Under the pieces are notes generated by a model. That model worked only from the letters and a program-made list of their open reading frames with translations. It was not told where the DNA came from and did no database searches. 64,000 bases of DNA from Rhodanobacter sp. (GTDB taxonomy: Bacteria > Pseudomonadota > Gammaproteobacteria > Xanthomonadales > Rhodanobacteraceae), in NCBI GenBank assembly GCA_004298015.1, contig SCSE01000009.1, positions 13,747 to 77,746 on the forward strand, given 5' to 3'. The position numbers and the translations under genes are program-made. Shown here piece after piece: positions 9,918-18,772 of the stretch (positions are counted from its first letter, which is position 1; the number at the start of each line of letters is the position of its first letter).

Positions 9918-10338
9918 CTGGGCCGACCTGATCCCGCATGCCGGCAGCATGTGCCTGCTCGATGCGGTGATGGCGTGGGACCCGTGCAGCATCCACGCGA
10001 TCAGCGCCGGTCATGCCCGCGTCGACAATCCCCTGCGCGGCGCACACGGGCTGCACGCGGTGCATCTGGCCGAATACGGTGCGCAGGCGATGGCCGTGCA
10101 CGGGGGCCTGATGGCGCGGGCTGGCGGCGCTGTCGAGCCCGCCCGCCCCGGGGTGCTGGTCAGCTTGCGCGACCTGCAGTTGCACCGTGAGTATGTCGAT
10201 ACGCTGGATGGGCCGCTGGATGTCTACGCCGAATGCCTGCACGCGGACGGCAGCAGTGCCCAGTATGTCTTCCGGGTCATGCATTGCGGGCTGGTACTGG
10301 CCAGCGGACGTGCTGCCGTGATCCATCCGGAAACCTGA
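9901..10338 (+). CDS. Hot-dog fold dehydratase (second dehydratase of the cluster)
   Basis: 145 aa, with the LIPHAGSMCLLD motif seen in aryl-polyene-cluster dehydratases. Overlaps the MMPL gene end by 17 nt. Confidence 0.65.
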   Translation: MLPKTDWADLIPHAGSMCLLDAVMAWDPCSIHAISAGHARVDNPLRGAHGLHAVHLAEYGAQAMAVHGGLMARAGGAVEPARPGVLVSLRDLQLHREYVDTLDGPLDVYAECLHADGSSAQYVFRVMHCGLVLASGRAAVIHPET

Positions 10339-10350
10339 AAAGCGAGCGAG

Positions 10351-11082
10351 TTGCCGATGCCCGAAACAGCTTCCAAGCGACGTGTCCTGGTTACCGGTGG
10401 CAGCGGTGATCTCGGCAGCGCGATCTGCCAGGCACTGGCATCCGCCGGCTGGCTGCCGATCGTGCATGCCCATGGGGGCTTCGATCGCGCCGCCGCGATC
10501 GCCGCCGCCTTGCCGGATGCCCAGGCAATCGCCTTCGATGTCACCGATGCCGGGGCGACCCAGGCCGCGCTGGAAGCCTTGCTGGCCGAGGGGCCGATCG
10601 AGGCGGTGGTCAACAATGCCGGTATCCACGACGATGCGCCGATGGCTGGCATGTCCGACGCGCAGTGGCATCGGGTCATCGATGTGTCGCTGCACGGATT
10701 CTTCCATGTCACCCGGCCGTTGCTGTTGCCGATGGCGCGCGCACGCTTCGGCCGCATCGTGTCGGTCAGTTCGGTCGCGGCGCAGCTGGGCAACCGCGGC
10801 CAGACCAACTACGCCGCAGCCAAGGCCGCGCTGCACGGGGCCACCAAGTCACTGGCGCGCGAAATGGCGTCGCGCGGGATCACCGCCAACGTGGTGGCGC
10901 CCGGCGTGATCGAGGGCCGGATGATCGGCGACGACTTCCCCCCCGAGCGCCTGCGCGAACTGGTGCCGGCGCAGCGGGCCGGCCGTCCACAGGAGGTCGC
11001 TGCCCTGGTCGCCTTCCTCTGTTCCGATGCCGCCGGTTATATCAACGGGCAGGTGATCGGCGTCAATGGCGGCATGGCATAG
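10351..11082 (+). CDS. 3-oxoacyl-ACP reductase (SDR, FabG-like ketoreductase)
   Basis: 243 aa with the VLVTGGSGDLG Rossmann motif, NNAG, and a YAAAKAAL catalytic Tyr-x3-Lys. Confidence 0.9.
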   Translation: MPMPETASKRRVLVTGGSGDLGSAICQALASAGWLPIVHAHGGFDRAAAIAAALPDAQAIAFDVTDAGATQAALEALLAEGPIEAVVNNAGIHDDAPMAGMSDAQWHRVIDVSLHGFFHVTRPLLLPMARARFGRIVSVSSVAAQLGNRGQTNYAAAKAALHGATKSLAREMASRGITANVVAPGVIEGRMIGDDFPPERLRELVPAQRAGRPQEVAALVAFLCSDAAGYINGQVIGVNGGMA

Positions 11083-11155
11083 TGCTACGCCGATATCAGG
11101 CGCGGGCAGGTGTCAGGTAGGCTCTGCAAAATGCAAACTACATGGGACTGTGACC

Positions 11156-11815
11156 ATGCCTGAAGCCCTGGCGCTGACTTATTATTCCGACGTTCTGTGT
11201 GTGTGGGCTTACATAGCGCAGGCACGTGTCGACGAAGTTGAAAAAAGATTTTCGCAAGACGTTTCCATTGATTACAGATTCTGTTCGGTGTTCGGTGACA
11301 CCGCATATAAAATCGAAACGGAATGGTCCGGGCGTGGCGGCTATGCGGGATTTGCAAACCACCTGCGCGAGGCCGTCTCGGCGTTTGATCAAATCAAGCT
11401 TCACCCCGAGATATGGCAACGCAACCGGCCGGCATCGTCCTCCCCGGCACACATTGTGATGAAAGCCGTGCAGCGGGTGGACAAGCAGCAATGCAGGGCG
11501 GTGTTGCATGAGCTTCGACAGGCTTTCTTCGAACGCTGCCTCGATATCGGCAGGCGGTCCGTCCTGGAGGCCACGCTGGAGTTCGTCGGGGTCTCGGTCG
11601 GTGACGTTCAGGAGGCTATCGACAGCGGAATGGCCCATGCTGACCTGGAGGCGGATCGCCGCGACAAAGAGCGGTTGATGGTACAGGGAAGCCCCACGAT
11701 CCTTCTCAACCAGGGACGCCAGAAACTGTACGGAAACGTTGGCTACGGAGTGATCGAAGCGAACATAAAGGAGTTGCTTCGTTCGCCGGCTGCCGGTGCG
11801 GCGAGTTGGTGTTGA
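11156..11815 (+). CDS. DsbA/HCCA-isomerase-like thioredoxin-fold protein with a single active-site cysteine
   Basis: Starts at MPEALALTYYSDVLCVWAY, i.e. CVWA where DsbA-family proteins have CxxC. About 219 aa. The DNA is visibly more A+T-rich than the flanking cluster genes. Confidence 0.65.
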   Translation: MPEALALTYYSDVLCVWAYIAQARVDEVEKRFSQDVSIDYRFCSVFGDTAYKIETEWSGRGGYAGFANHLREAVSAFDQIKLHPEIWQRNRPASSSPAHIVMKAVQRVDKQQCRAVLHELRQAFFERCLDIGRRSVLEATLEFVGVSVGDVQEAIDSGMAHADLEADRRDKERLMVQGSPTILLNQGRQKLYGNVGYGVIEANIKELLRSPAAGAASWC

Positions 11816-12084
11816 GCCGGATGGCGAACTCACCAAGTCAGGGCTCGGCCCGGTCAGGCCCCGGCTTCGGTGGGGCAGGTCCGGCGCTGTGCCGCCGTCG
11901 CCGCCGATGATGCGCGAAGCCGCTCACTGCCGGCGGGCAGATCAGGATGTCGGACTGGGGTTGCGCGGTCTGCGAATCGGTCTGGGCAGTGCATGGTTTC
12001 GACACGTGTTGACGCATCGTGGATCCATCGATCGGTGAATTATCGAAAAGCTGTCCTCGCGCAGACCGCTTCTCGCCTCGATCG

Positions 12085-12876
12085 TCAAAGCCCGGCAGCC
12101 TCCGGGTCGGCATCTGCGTTCAAGCAATCCGGGGCCTCGACCACGAGTGGCTTGCCGCGTGAGCGCCGGTAACTGGCGATCGCATCGCCGTAATGAAACA
12201 CTCGGCCGACGGTATAGAACGTGATGCGGGAGATGTCGCGCAGCGGCCGGAAATGGCTGCGCCGGAAGTTTTCGTGATAGCGCGAGGCGATCGGTACCGA
12301 AACGATGCCGAGGTGCTTCTCGCGCGAAGCCGCGATCAGGATGGCGGCTTCGAATACGAAGTTCTCCGCCGGCAGATCGGCAAGCTCCAGTGCCGCACGC
12401 GGATACCAGCGTTGGCCGCTCTGGGTGTCGGCCACCGGCTGGGCGCAGGCCACTGAAATGCCCCAGTCGGCGATCGCATTGGCGCGCCGACGGCCGCGGG
12501 GCTGCTGCGCCTTGTCGAGCAGGCGCGCACCGATCACGATGTGCTGCGGGTAACGCGAGGCGGCGCTGACCAGTCGCGGGATGTCGCGGGCCAGGTGCTG
12601 GCCGTCACCATCCATGGTCAATACCGCCTCGAAACCTTGCCGGCGGGCCTCGCGAAAACCGTTGCGCAGCGCCTCGCCCTTGCCGCGTCGGTGGGGATGC
12701 CTGAGCAGGGTGACGGGCAAGCTGGCGAGGATCTCCGGGGTGCGGTCTTCCGAGCCGTCGTCCACCACGATCACGGCGGCGCCGAGCGCGAGCACGGACT
12801 CCACCAGCGCGCCGATCGCGCTTTCCTCGTTCAGACAGGGGATCAGTACACACCAGCGTGGCAAAGTGTCGTTCAA
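12085..12876 (-). CDS. Family 2 glycosyltransferase
   Basis: Has CVLIPCLNEE, VVDDGSED and MDGDGQH motifs. There is no in-frame ATG near the conserved N-terminus. A TTG at 12876-12874 is preceded by GGAGAG and overlaps the upstream stop (TTGA). Confidence 0.7.
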   Translation of the reverse strand: MNDTLPRWCVLIPCLNEESAIGALVESVLALGAAVIVVDDGSEDRTPEILASLPVTLLRHPHRRGKGEALRNGFREARRQGFEAVLTMDGDGQHLARDIPRLVSAASRYPQHIVIGARLLDKAQQPRGRRRANAIADWGISVACAQPVADTQSGQRWYPRAALELADLPAENFVFEAAILIAASREKHLGIVSVPIASRYHENFRRSHFRPLRDISRITFYTVGRVFHYGDAIASYRRSRGKPLVVEAPDCLNADADPEAAGL

Positions 12877-13664
12877 GCGATGCTCTCCATGTCGATCTGC
12901 AGGTCGTTCCGACCGTTGGCGGCAACCGTGCAGCTGCCGCTTCCGCGCGCGAGCAAGGTCAGCAACGGCAGCGCCGATGCCGAGGCGTTGCCGGCGCGCC
13001 AGCCGGCCAGCGGTTCGGGCAGCTCTGAGATAGTGTGCCCCCGTCGCAGTTGCACATTCAGCCGGGCCCGACTGGACGGCCCGGCGTGCGGCGCCAGTAC
13101 CAGCGCGCTGCCAAAGGACTGGCTGCAGCCAGTCACTTCGCATAGCGGCGGGCCGGCTCCGGTGTCGCTGCATACCAGCAATACCGGAGCCTGGGCCGCA
13201 AGCAGCTGGCTGACGGCCTCCAGCAGCGCGGCCCCAAAGCTCGCTTGTTGGGCGCACACCGAGGTGGATGCGGCATGACAGCCGGTGGCAATGCTCCAGT
13301 ACCCGGCCGGTGCGTTGTGCACGGAATTGTGAAAGCGCGTCGGAGACAACGCGTCGGGCTGTCGGGCCAGCGTGCTGCACATGTAGTCGGTGATCGTCTG
13401 GTCGCCATGCGCGGACGCAAAAATGCTAACCAGCGATACCGCCTGATGGCGACTCATGGCGACCGCCTGGCCGGCTACCTCGATGGCCAGCAGCACGCTT
13501 TCCGGCGCACGCCGCCGCTCGTTGGACGGCAGCAAGGCTGCCGCCGGCCGAGCGGCGGGCGGCGCCACGGTGGCACCGTCGAGCAAGGCGCGCAAGGCGG
13601 CGAAATCCGCCAGCTGCGGCGACCACAGGCCGATTCCGTCGACGTGCACCTGCAGCGGACTCAT
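12873..13664 (-). CDS. Short beta-ketoacyl-synthase-like partner protein (chain-length-factor-like)
   Basis: 263 aa starting MSPLQVHVDGIGLWSP. KS N-terminal-like sequence that is shorter than a catalytic KS. Its start overlaps the KS stop as ATGA. Confidence 0.7.
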   Translation of the reverse strand: MSPLQVHVDGIGLWSPQLADFAALRALLDGATVAPPAARPAAALLPSNERRRAPESVLLAIEVAGQAVAMSRHQAVSLVSIFASAHGDQTITDYMCSTLARQPDALSPTRFHNSVHNAPAGYWSIATGCHAASTSVCAQQASFGAALLEAVSQLLAAQAPVLLVCSDTGAGPPLCEVTGCSQSFGSALVLAPHAGPSSRARLNVQLRRGHTISELPEPLAGWRAGNASASALPLLTLLARGSGSCTVAANGRNDLQIDMESIA

Positions 13665-14866
13665 GCTGCCACCTCGCCGCGGGCGAACGCGAGGCAGGCG
13701 TTGTTGCCGCCGAAGCCAAACGAGTTGCTCAACGCCACGCTCACCGGCTGCCGTTCGTTGCGCCAGGCGAACGACGGGCCGCAGTCGGGATCGGCGCATT
13801 CGCTGCCGAGGTTGCCGGGAATCAGCCCATGCTCGATGGCCAGCAGCACGATCGCCGCCTCGACGATGCCGGCGGCGCCCAGCGTGTGCCCGGTGAAGCC
13901 CTTGGTCGAGCTGGCGCGGGTGCTGGCCGGAAAGCAGCGATTGACCAGCGCGGCCTCGACGGCATCGTTCTTCTGGCTGGCGGTGCCGTGCAGGTTGATG
14001 TAGTCGACCCGTGAAGCATCCACTCCAGCGCGGGCCAGCGCCTCGTGCAGTGCGAGTTCGGCGCCGAGTCCGTCGGGGTGCGGGGTCGACATATGGTGCG
14101 CATCGCTGGACTCGCCATAGCCAATCAGGCGCGGTGCCCGCGGCGCCTGCTCGACACGTTCCAGCAGGGCGAAGCCCGCCGCCTCACCGATCGAGATGCC
14201 ATCACGGGCGGCATCGAAGGGGCGACAGCGGTCGGCCGAGACCAGCTCCAGCGCGTTGAAGCCGAACAGCACACTGTCGCACAGGCTGTCCACGCCACCG
14301 ACCACCGCGGCATCGATCAGGCCCAGCTGGAGCATCCGCGCGGCGCTGGCAAACACCTTGGCGCTGGACGAGCAGGCGGTGGAAACCGTCAGGCTTGGCC
14401 CTTCCAGCGCCAGCGCGGTGGCAGCGAAGGCGGTCAGCGAGTGAGGGGCGTGAATCGCCGGGCGCAACATGTCGTCGGCAAAGCCGCCATCGGGATCGAG
14501 CCGACGGTAGGCTTCCTCGGTGGCGCCGATGCTGGCAGTCGAGGTACCCAGCAGCAAGGCGATGCGGTCGGCGCCGTAGCGCGCGCGCGCGGTCGCCACA
14601 CGGTCCGTGAAGCCATCCTGCTGGAGTCCCAGCCACGCCAGCTGGTTGTTGCGACAGGTCCAGGCCGTCAGGTTTGTCGGCAGCGTGCATGCTTCCACAC
14701 CATCGACCCGACCGATCCAGCAGTCCAGTGGGGCGCTGCTGAAATCGTTGGGTCGCAGGCTGCTGTGCGCTGCGCGCAACCCGTCGAGCTGGGCGGCAAG
14801 GCCACAGCCAAGCGCCGAGCTGGCGGTATACGCGGTGATCGCCAGTGGAGTCATCGGTAGGGGCAT
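13661..14866 (-). CDS. Beta-ketoacyl-ACP synthase (FabB/FabF-like KS)
   Basis: 401 aa with the TACSSS active-site Cys and the HMSTPH and NLHGTAS histidine motifs. Confidence 0.9.
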   Translation of the reverse strand: MPLPMTPLAITAYTASSALGCGLAAQLDGLRAAHSSLRPNDFSSAPLDCWIGRVDGVEACTLPTNLTAWTCRNNQLAWLGLQQDGFTDRVATARARYGADRIALLLGTSTASIGATEEAYRRLDPDGGFADDMLRPAIHAPHSLTAFAATALALEGPSLTVSTACSSSAKVFASAARMLQLGLIDAAVVGGVDSLCDSVLFGFNALELVSADRCRPFDAARDGISIGEAAGFALLERVEQAPRAPRLIGYGESSDAHHMSTPHPDGLGAELALHEALARAGVDASRVDYINLHGTASQKNDAVEAALVNRCFPASTRASSTKGFTGHTLGAAGIVEAAIVLLAIEHGLIPGNLGSECADPDCGPSFAWRNERQPVSVALSNSFGFGGNNACLAFARGEVAA

Positions 14867-15087
14867 CGCACGAGCCTAACCTTCAGTTCGGAGCTTGCCT
14901 AGGTCCGCTGGTCGCCAAACCGCGTGGGTACGGTGGGTTGGCCGAGGCGTGGCATCCATGATGGTGACATGGGTGCGCCTGTGACGCGCCCGGTCCCCTG
15001 AGGATGGGGATGGTGGCGGCGAGCGCATGAAGAAGTCGCGAATGGTGCCGTGACAGCGTTTCAACAGGGCTTCCGGACGCGCGGCGC

Positions 15088-16209
15088 TCACTCTGCCCGA
15101 TGCTCCAGCGCCAGATATTCCTCGCTCTGCATCTCGATCAGGCGTGATTCGGTACGCCCGAACTCGGCCCGCAGGCGCTCGCCGTCATAGAGCTCGGTGA
15201 TCGGTGCGGCCGCGGAAAGCACCAGTTTGACGTGGCGGTCGTAGAATTCGTCGACCAGTTGCACGAAGCGCTTGGCGGCGTCCTCACTGTAGATGCTGAA
15301 CTGGGGCACGTTGGAGATGATGATGGCCGGGCCGGTCCTGGCCAGGGCGATGTAGTCGGCCACTGCGCGCGGGCCCTCGCACAACGCGGCAAAATCGAAC
15401 CACAGGATATTTCCGGCACGCTTGTGCACGGCAATCTCCCTTCCGTTGAGCTGCATGCTGACATCGTGCTGCACCGGGCCGTTGGCCTGGTCGCTGAAGA
15501 TCCGCTCCAGTGCACGGTGCGCCTCGGCCCCGGGGGGGGACAGATAGACCGGCGCCTGACTGAGCGCGCGCAGACGCCAGTCGTGTGAGGAGGCCATTTC
15601 GACGACGTGGCAGTGCTGCTCCAGCAAGCCGATCGCCGGCAGAAAGCGCTGACGTTGCAGACCGCCGCGGTAGAGGTTTGCCGGCGCGGTATTGGAGGTG
15701 GTCACGAGCGCCACGCCAGCGTCGAACAGGGCGTCGAACAGGTTGGCAAGAATCATCGCGTCACCGATGTCGCTGACCAGAAACTCGTCCAGGCATAGCA
15801 CCCGGCAGCGTGCGGCAAGCCTGGCGGCGACCTCGACCAGGGGTCTTTGTCGCTGGTCGAGCATCCGCAAGCTCTCGTGCACCTCTCCCATGAAACGGTG
15901 GTAGTGCCGACGCTGCACGGTGCCTGGCGGCAGGCTGGCGACGAACAGATCCATCAGGAACGTCTTGCCACGTCCGACCTTGCCCCACAGGTAGAGTCCG
16001 GGCATCGCCGCTGCCGGCTCGTTGCCGAGCAGGGACTTGAGACGACCGAACAGGCGGTTGCCGGTGGGTTCGTCAGCCCTGCACAGCGCGGCGTGCATGC
16101 GATCGAATTCGGGCAGGATCGCCAGTTGTACCGGGTCCGACTCCCAGCGATGGGCCACGACACCTTCGTGGTAACGCGCACTGGGCGCGAGCAGGGTTGT
16201 ATCACTCAT
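15088..16209 (-). CDS. zapE: Cell division protein ZapE (AFG1-family ATPase)
   Basis: 373 aa with Walker A GKVGRGKTFLMD and a Walker B-like LCLDEF. Confidence 0.85.
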   Translation of the reverse strand: MSDTTLLAPSARYHEGVVAHRWESDPVQLAILPEFDRMHAALCRADEPTGNRLFGRLKSLLGNEPAAAMPGLYLWGKVGRGKTFLMDLFVASLPPGTVQRRHYHRFMGEVHESLRMLDQRQRPLVEVAARLAARCRVLCLDEFLVSDIGDAMILANLFDALFDAGVALVTTSNTAPANLYRGGLQRQRFLPAIGLLEQHCHVVEMASSHDWRLRALSQAPVYLSPPGAEAHRALERIFSDQANGPVQHDVSMQLNGREIAVHKRAGNILWFDFAALCEGPRAVADYIALARTGPAIIISNVPQFSIYSEDAAKRFVQLVDEFYDRHVKLVLSAAAPITELYDGERLRAEFGRTESRLIEMQSEEYLALEHRAE

Positions 16210-16261
16210 GCGGAAGAGGGTCTGGCAGGGGTAAGGTATCAGCGTTGGCCTGGCGGGCAGA

Positions 16262-16951
16262 TCAAGATGCGCGAGCGGGCGGCAGCCAGCTGCGCACGGC
16301 GTGCTTGATCGCGCCGCGCAGGTCCATCAGGCGGCGGTGGAAGAAGTGGCTGGTCTCGGGCATCCGCACCAGCTCGGGACGCTGCGGCAACGCGTCCACC
16401 CAGTCGAATACCGCTTGCGGTTCCACCACCTCATCCTCCTCGCCCTGCACGATCAGCCACGGACAGTCAGGCAGGGCGATCGTCTCGAACTCCCAACGAC
16501 CGACCGGCGGCGCGATGCTGACCAGCGCGTCGGCCCGCAAGGCCGCGGCCTGCGCAATGCTGACGTAGCTGCCGAACGAGAAGCCGGCCAGCCAGATCGC
16601 ATCACCGTCGCGGACCCGGCGCACCCAGGCGACCACCGCGGCCAGATCGTCACCTTCGCCGCGGCCTTCGTCATAGCTGCCCTCGGAGTTTCCGGTGCCA
16701 CGGAAGTTGAAGCGCACCGTGTCCAGCCCCGATTCGCGCAGCGCGCGTTCGACCATGGTCACCACCTTGTTGTGCATGGTGCCGCCCTGCAGCGGGTGCG
16801 GATGACAGATTACCGCCACGCCACGGCGTGCGGCGGCCGGATCGGCGGTCTCGCTGATCAGCTCGAGCTTGCCGGCAGGGCCGTCGAGCATGAAACTGGC
16901 GGCCTGATCGGGAAAACGGGTGGGGTCGGTGGCGAGCGGAGTGGGTTTCAT
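16262..16951 (-). CDS. Alpha/beta-fold hydrolase
   Basis: Internal start MKPTPLATDP. Has CHPHPLQGGTMHNKV and a GFSFGS nucleophile elbow. The longer 537-aa ORF upstream is an antisense artefact over acpH. Confidence 0.75.
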   Translation of the reverse strand: MKPTPLATDPTRFPDQAASFMLDGPAGKLELISETADPAAARRGVAVICHPHPLQGGTMHNKVVTMVERALRESGLDTVRFNFRGTGNSEGSYDEGRGEGDDLAAVVAWVRRVRDGDAIWLAGFSFGSYVSIAQAAALRADALVSIAPPVGRWEFETIALPDCPWLIVQGEEDEVVEPQAVFDWVDALPQRPELVRMPETSHFFHRRLMDLRGAIKHAVRSWLPPARAS

Positions 16952-17011
16952 GCGGACGATGATAACCGCCGGACGGATTCGCCGCCCGTGCGCGAAGTAT
17001 GGGCGGCGGCG

Positions 17012-17653
17012 ATGAACCATCTGGCGCACGCTGTGCTGGCCGGCAACGACGAGGCCTTGCAGCTGGGCGGCATGCTGGGTGACTTCGTGCGCGGACGGCC
17101 TGATCCGGCGCGCTTTTCCGCTGCCGTGATCGCCGGGATCCGGCTGCACCGTGCGATCGACGTCTATACTGACGCCCATCCACAGGTGGCAGCGGCCAGG
17201 TGCCTGTTGCCACCGCCATACCGGCGTTATGCCGGCATTTTGCTGGACATGTGGTTCGATCACTGCCTGGCGAGGGATTTTGCGCGCTGGTGCGCGCAGC
17301 CGCTGACACCTTATGCGGAGGCATTGCGAAATCTGCTGCGACGACACCACGCCAGTCTGCCACCCGCGTTGCAGCATTTCCAGGCGTATATGGAGGCCAA
17401 TGACTTGCCGCGTGCCTATGCCGATCCGGTCATGCTCGACAAGGCGCTGCGCGGCATCGGACAACGCCTCAGGCGGGACAACCCGCTGGATTCCGCATGG
17501 CCGGTGCTGGCGGCGCATGAGATCGCGCTGCAGCGCCATTTCGAGGCATTCTTTCCGCAGTTGCAGGCCTTTGCGTGGGATTGGATCGCGCGGGAATACG
17601 CGCTCGATGCTGCCGCGCCGCCGGGCGACGAATGCCTGCGCGCAGCCCCGTGA
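17012..17653 (+). CDS. acpH: Acyl carrier protein phosphodiesterase
   Basis: Starts MNHLAHAVLAG...GDFVRG, which resembles the E. coli AcpH N-terminus (MNFLAHLHLA...ADFVRG). Confidence 0.7.
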   Translation: MNHLAHAVLAGNDEALQLGGMLGDFVRGRPDPARFSAAVIAGIRLHRAIDVYTDAHPQVAAARCLLPPPYRRYAGILLDMWFDHCLARDFARWCAQPLTPYAEALRNLLRRHHASLPPALQHFQAYMEANDLPRAYADPVMLDKALRGIGQRLRRDNPLDSAWPVLAAHEIALQRHFEAFFPQLQAFAWDWIAREYALDAAAPPGDECLRAAP

Positions 17654-17702
17654 AGGACTGGCCAGGGCGCTGCGTGCCGGCACCGCAGGAGGGGCGAACG
17701 AA

Positions 17703-17754
17703 AACGCCGCCCTGGCGGCGGCGTTGAAGCAACGTTGAGGCCGCGGGTCGCGGC
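17703..17754. terminator. Two GC-rich hairpins between the convergent acpH and cytochrome c5 genes
   Basis: First hairpin: AACGCCGCC / GGCGGCGTT (17703-17725). Second hairpin: GCCGCG-GGT-CGCGGC (17740-17754), followed by TATTT. Confidence 0.4.
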
Positions 17755-18287
17755 TATTTGGCCTGGCTGACAATCCAGTGCACGGCATTCGTGACCTGTT
17801 CATCGGTAAGCGCCGGGTTGCCACCCTTTGCAGGCATGAAGTTGCCGTCCGGGCCGTGATAGCCGTGGATCGCATGGCTTACCAGGGTGTCGATGCCCTT
17901 GGCAATGCGTGGCGCCCACATCGCCTTGTTGCCCAGCTTGGGCGCGCCAGCGACCCCGGCCGTATGGCAACTGGTGCACAGGTGATCGTAGATCGCCTTG
18001 CCGTCGGTGGTACCACCATAGGCAACCTGCGAGGCGGCGGCCTTGGCGGCAGCGTCGGCGGCGGCCTGCATCGCCGCGCGGCCGGTATTGCCGGCGTAGA
18101 CCGCGCCGGCCGGGGCAATCCGTTCGGCGATCTTCGCGGCCTGGTTCGGATTGGTTTCCTTCGGCGCGTGGCGGTAAATCGCCAGCGCACTGAGGATCAG
18201 CACCAGCGTCAGTACCAGCAGGCCGCCGATCATCAGCGACAGCTGGCGCACGGTAGCCCGGTCGGATTTGCTCATGGAACCGCTCAC
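17754..18287 (-). CDS. Membrane-anchored cytochrome c5-family protein
   Basis: N-terminal transmembrane helix (LMIGGLLVLTLVLILSALAI), an Ala-rich linker and the CTSCH haem-binding motif. Confidence 0.8.
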   Translation of the reverse strand: MSGSMSKSDRATVRQLSLMIGGLLVLTLVLILSALAIYRHAPKETNPNQAAKIAERIAPAGAVYAGNTGRAAMQAAADAAAKAAASQVAYGGTTDGKAIYDHLCTSCHTAGVAGAPKLGNKAMWAPRIAKGIDTLVSHAIHGYHGPDGNFMPAKGGNPALTDEQVTNAVHWIVSQAK

Positions 18288-18772
18288 GCGCGTACTCCTC
18301 TCAGAGGGCGGGCCGGAACGCCACTGCGACGGTTCCGGTCGGCCTGATTAGCTGGATCGGTCTCACCGGTGTGGTGAAATCCCGTCGATGCGGAATGGTC
18401 GGCGCGGACTGCGTGACCATCGTGCCCTGTTGCCCCAGTCCCCGGATTCAGCGTCATGCAGGCAACCCCTTCCGGGATTATAGACGAAGCATGCGGCAAG
18501 TTTCAGGCCTGCCGGCCAGCATCGTGGGCGACGACTCAAGCCGGGTTGGCCCGAAGCGTGCGGCGGCAGCCGGGACCGTGGGCTACCATGCCATCGGTCA
18601 TGCCCGACCCCTGTCAACCGGCATTGTTCAAGCTCGTTCAACTGCCCTTATGCTTCCATCCACAGGAGTCTGCCGGACGCGGTCCGGGCCCGGACATGCT
18701 CCCGATACACAAGACTGGCATGCTGCAACGATGCATGCCGGGTCGCAGCGCCGTTCAGTTCAGGAGTTTCAC

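Noticed and set aside
14876-15091. A 71-aa minus-strand ORF between zapE and the KS gene.
   Set aside because: It has an R/P/H/T-rich, low-complexity composition and no SD. The region is more plausibly the promoter/leader of the KS operon.
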